Shown here piece after piece: positions 54,713 through 56,183 of a DNA stretch of 56,183 nucleotides. Numbering within the stretch: the first letter of the stretch is position 1; each line of letters starts with the position of its first letter. This DNA is from Bacteroidales bacterium (GTDB lineage Bacteria > Bacteroidota > Bacteroidia > Bacteroidales > VadinHA17): the NCBI GenBank assembly GCA_027028505.1, contig JALVJE010000209.1:1-56183 (forward strand), in the 5' to 3' direction. The position numbers and the translations under genes were made by a program. The notes beneath the pieces were generated by a model, which was given only the letters and a program-made list of their open reading frames with translations, had not been told where the DNA came from and did no database searches.

Positions 54713-56133
54713 CACTGGTGTCCGAGAACGGAATTGAAAAATAAGTATAAATTTGGATAAAAAAAAAGGGAGCTGATCTTTCCACAGGCAACTCCCTTTT
54801 TAAAAAATTAAAAACATGTACGGATACAAAAATAGTAAATCTCCAGGCAACTCGGTTTTCGGACAGCTGATTTCTTTAATACCGAGGGAAAAAGTGAGTA
54901 GGGTTATCCAGGAATATAAGAGTGACAGGTATGTGAAAAGGTTCAGGACCTGGGATCATTTGATTGTGATGCTATTTTCAGCTTTGTCAGCAAGCAGTTC
55001 ATTGCGAGAAATAGAGTCTGGATTAGCTGGATACAATAAAGCATTGCTTCATCTAGGGTTAAAGTCCTTGCCGAGAAGGAGCACCATTTCAGATGCCAAT
55101 TCCAGGAGGGATGCGAAAGTATTTGAGAGGATATTTAATATCATATATGAGCGTGTGCGACCATTTTTACCGGACAGCTATCCGAAAAATCAGCAATGGA
55201 TGGAAAAATTATTTCTGGTGGATTCCACTACCATAACGCTGTTCAAAGAGATCATGAAAGCAGCCGGACGTACTCCAGCAAATGGAAAAAGGAAGGGCGG
55301 AGTAAAGATCAATGTAGGAATGCACCTTTCAGAGAATGTACCTTCCGTGGTCAGAATAACCAATGCTGCCACACAGGACAGGCTTTTTATGGTAAAATTT
55401 ATGGATATTGAATCCGGGACTATTTTGGTTTTTGATAAAGCTTATGTAAACTACAAGTTGTACAATCATTGGACAAAAAATAATGTCAGTTTTGTTACCC
55501 GCCTTCATAAAAGTAGTGTGGTAAATGTAATCGAAGAGAAGGTCGTATCTATTGAACAACAGAAAGAAGGGGTTTATCGGGAACTTATAGTTGATCTGGG
55601 CCATGAAAAACAGGAAGAAAAAGTAAGATGCCGTCTAATATATTACTTTGATATTGAAAAGGGGAAAGTGTTCAAGTTTATTACCAATAACATGGAACTT
55701 GCAGCTTCCCAGATAGCACAGATCTACAAGCAGAGATGGCAGGTAGAGATATTGTTTAAGCGTTTAAAACAAAACCTGCAGTTGTCCGATTTTCTGGGAG
55801 ATAATGAAAATGCTATTAGAATACAGATATGGTGTAATTTGATTACGGATCTGTTATTAACCATCATACGTAAAGGAATAAGGAAGAAAAAAGCCTATTC
55901 TATTGTTGCTGCATTAGTCCGACTGCATTTAATGCATTACGTCGCAATATCTGATCTTCTTCTTACTCCTGGCGACCCGTCTATTTTTGCTCAATACCGT
56001 CATGATATTCCAACACAAATGGCTATAAAATTTCAAATACCCCCCTAACATTTATTTTTTCTGGAGATTCTCCCATAAATTGGGCATTTTAGGACGTAAT
56101 TTTGCTATTTTCGATTTTTATCGGACACCAGTG
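54713..56133 (+). mobile_element. Complete IS4-family insertion sequence, 1421 bp
   Basis: 13-bp perfect terminal inverted repeats CACTGGTGTCCGA...TCGGACACCAGTG; flanks ATTTTTGAAT (54703-54712) and ATTTTTGATT (56134-56143) form a 10-bp target duplication with 9/10 matches; visibly more AT-rich than neighbouring genes. Confidence 0.92.
54816..56048 (+). CDS. tnp: IS4-family DDE transposase (DUF4372-like N-terminus)
   Basis: DRYVKRF.TW.HL, RST.SDAN..R, VDSTTI, FDKAY and the IS4 signature Y-x2-R-x3-E-x6-K (YKQRWQVEILFKRLK); intact 410-aa ORF. Confidence 0.95.
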   Translation: MYGYKNSKSPGNSVFGQLISLIPREKVSRVIQEYKSDRYVKRFRTWDHLIVMLFSALSASSSLREIESGLAGYNKALLHLGLKSLPRRSTISDANSRRDAKVFERIFNIIYERVRPFLPDSYPKNQQWMEKLFLVDSTTITLFKEIMKAAGRTPANGKRKGGVKINVGMHLSENVPSVVRITNAATQDRLFMVKFMDIESGTILVFDKAYVNYKLYNHWTKNNVSFVTRLHKSSVVNVIEEKVVSIEQQKEGVYRELIVDLGHEKQEEKVRCRLIYYFDIEKGKVFKFITNNMELAASQIAQIYKQRWQVEILFKRLKQNLQLSDFLGDNENAIRIQIWCNLITDLLLTIIRKGIRKKKAYSIVAALVRLHLMHYVAISDLLLTPGDPSIFAQYRHDIPTQMAIKFQIPP

Positions 56134-56183
56134 ATTTTTGATTTATGATTTATGAATAAGTGTGGAACAGGGTGTTATAGAGG

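Noticed and set aside
1-56183. tRNA, rRNA, riboswitch, RAYT, reverse transcriptase or prophage genes
   Set aside because: None recognisable by eye. tRNAscan-SE, Infernal and HMM searches would be needed to exclude divergent cases.

Overview
A 56-kb chromosomal window from a Bacteroidota genome, probably an environmental Bacteroidales-like lineage. This assignment rests on TAnnTTTG -7 promoter boxes, AT-rich translation-initiation regions, two T9SS C-terminal sorting domains, GldA/F/G-like ABC genes and Cys-type sulfatases. Coding content is mostly metabolic and secretory. It includes SGNH esterases, a single ORF fusing RfbD to phosphoglucomutase, and a CAZyme/sulfatase cluster (GH130, a GH5-like T9SS protein apparently lacking its nucleophile, two sulfatases, GH3). 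Also present are an OYE oxidoreductase, DUF5916, an MNT antitoxin with a truncated HEPN partner, a Gld-like ABC operon, DUF1800/DUF1501, HD plus Mut7-C, a gingipain-like C25 protease, a Y_Y_Y/SpoIIE sensor phosphatase, a split 3-keto-glycoside (DUF1080, Gfo/Idh/MocA, DoxX) locus, pckA, an M14 peptidase and a complete IS4 element. The least explained signal is non-coding. Many of the larger intergenic gaps hold a mosaic built from at least seven covarying REP-like hairpin modules joined by 7- or 8-nt tandem repeats, with a recurring module order and a G-rich-left, C-rich-right polarity. There is also a two-copy 165-bp MITE-like element, a TAATTTC-punctuated mini-array and 12-bp-period palindrome arrays. 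I found no CRISPR array, tRNA, rRNA, RAYT or integrase. All protein calls come from motif recognition by eye; no database searches were run.
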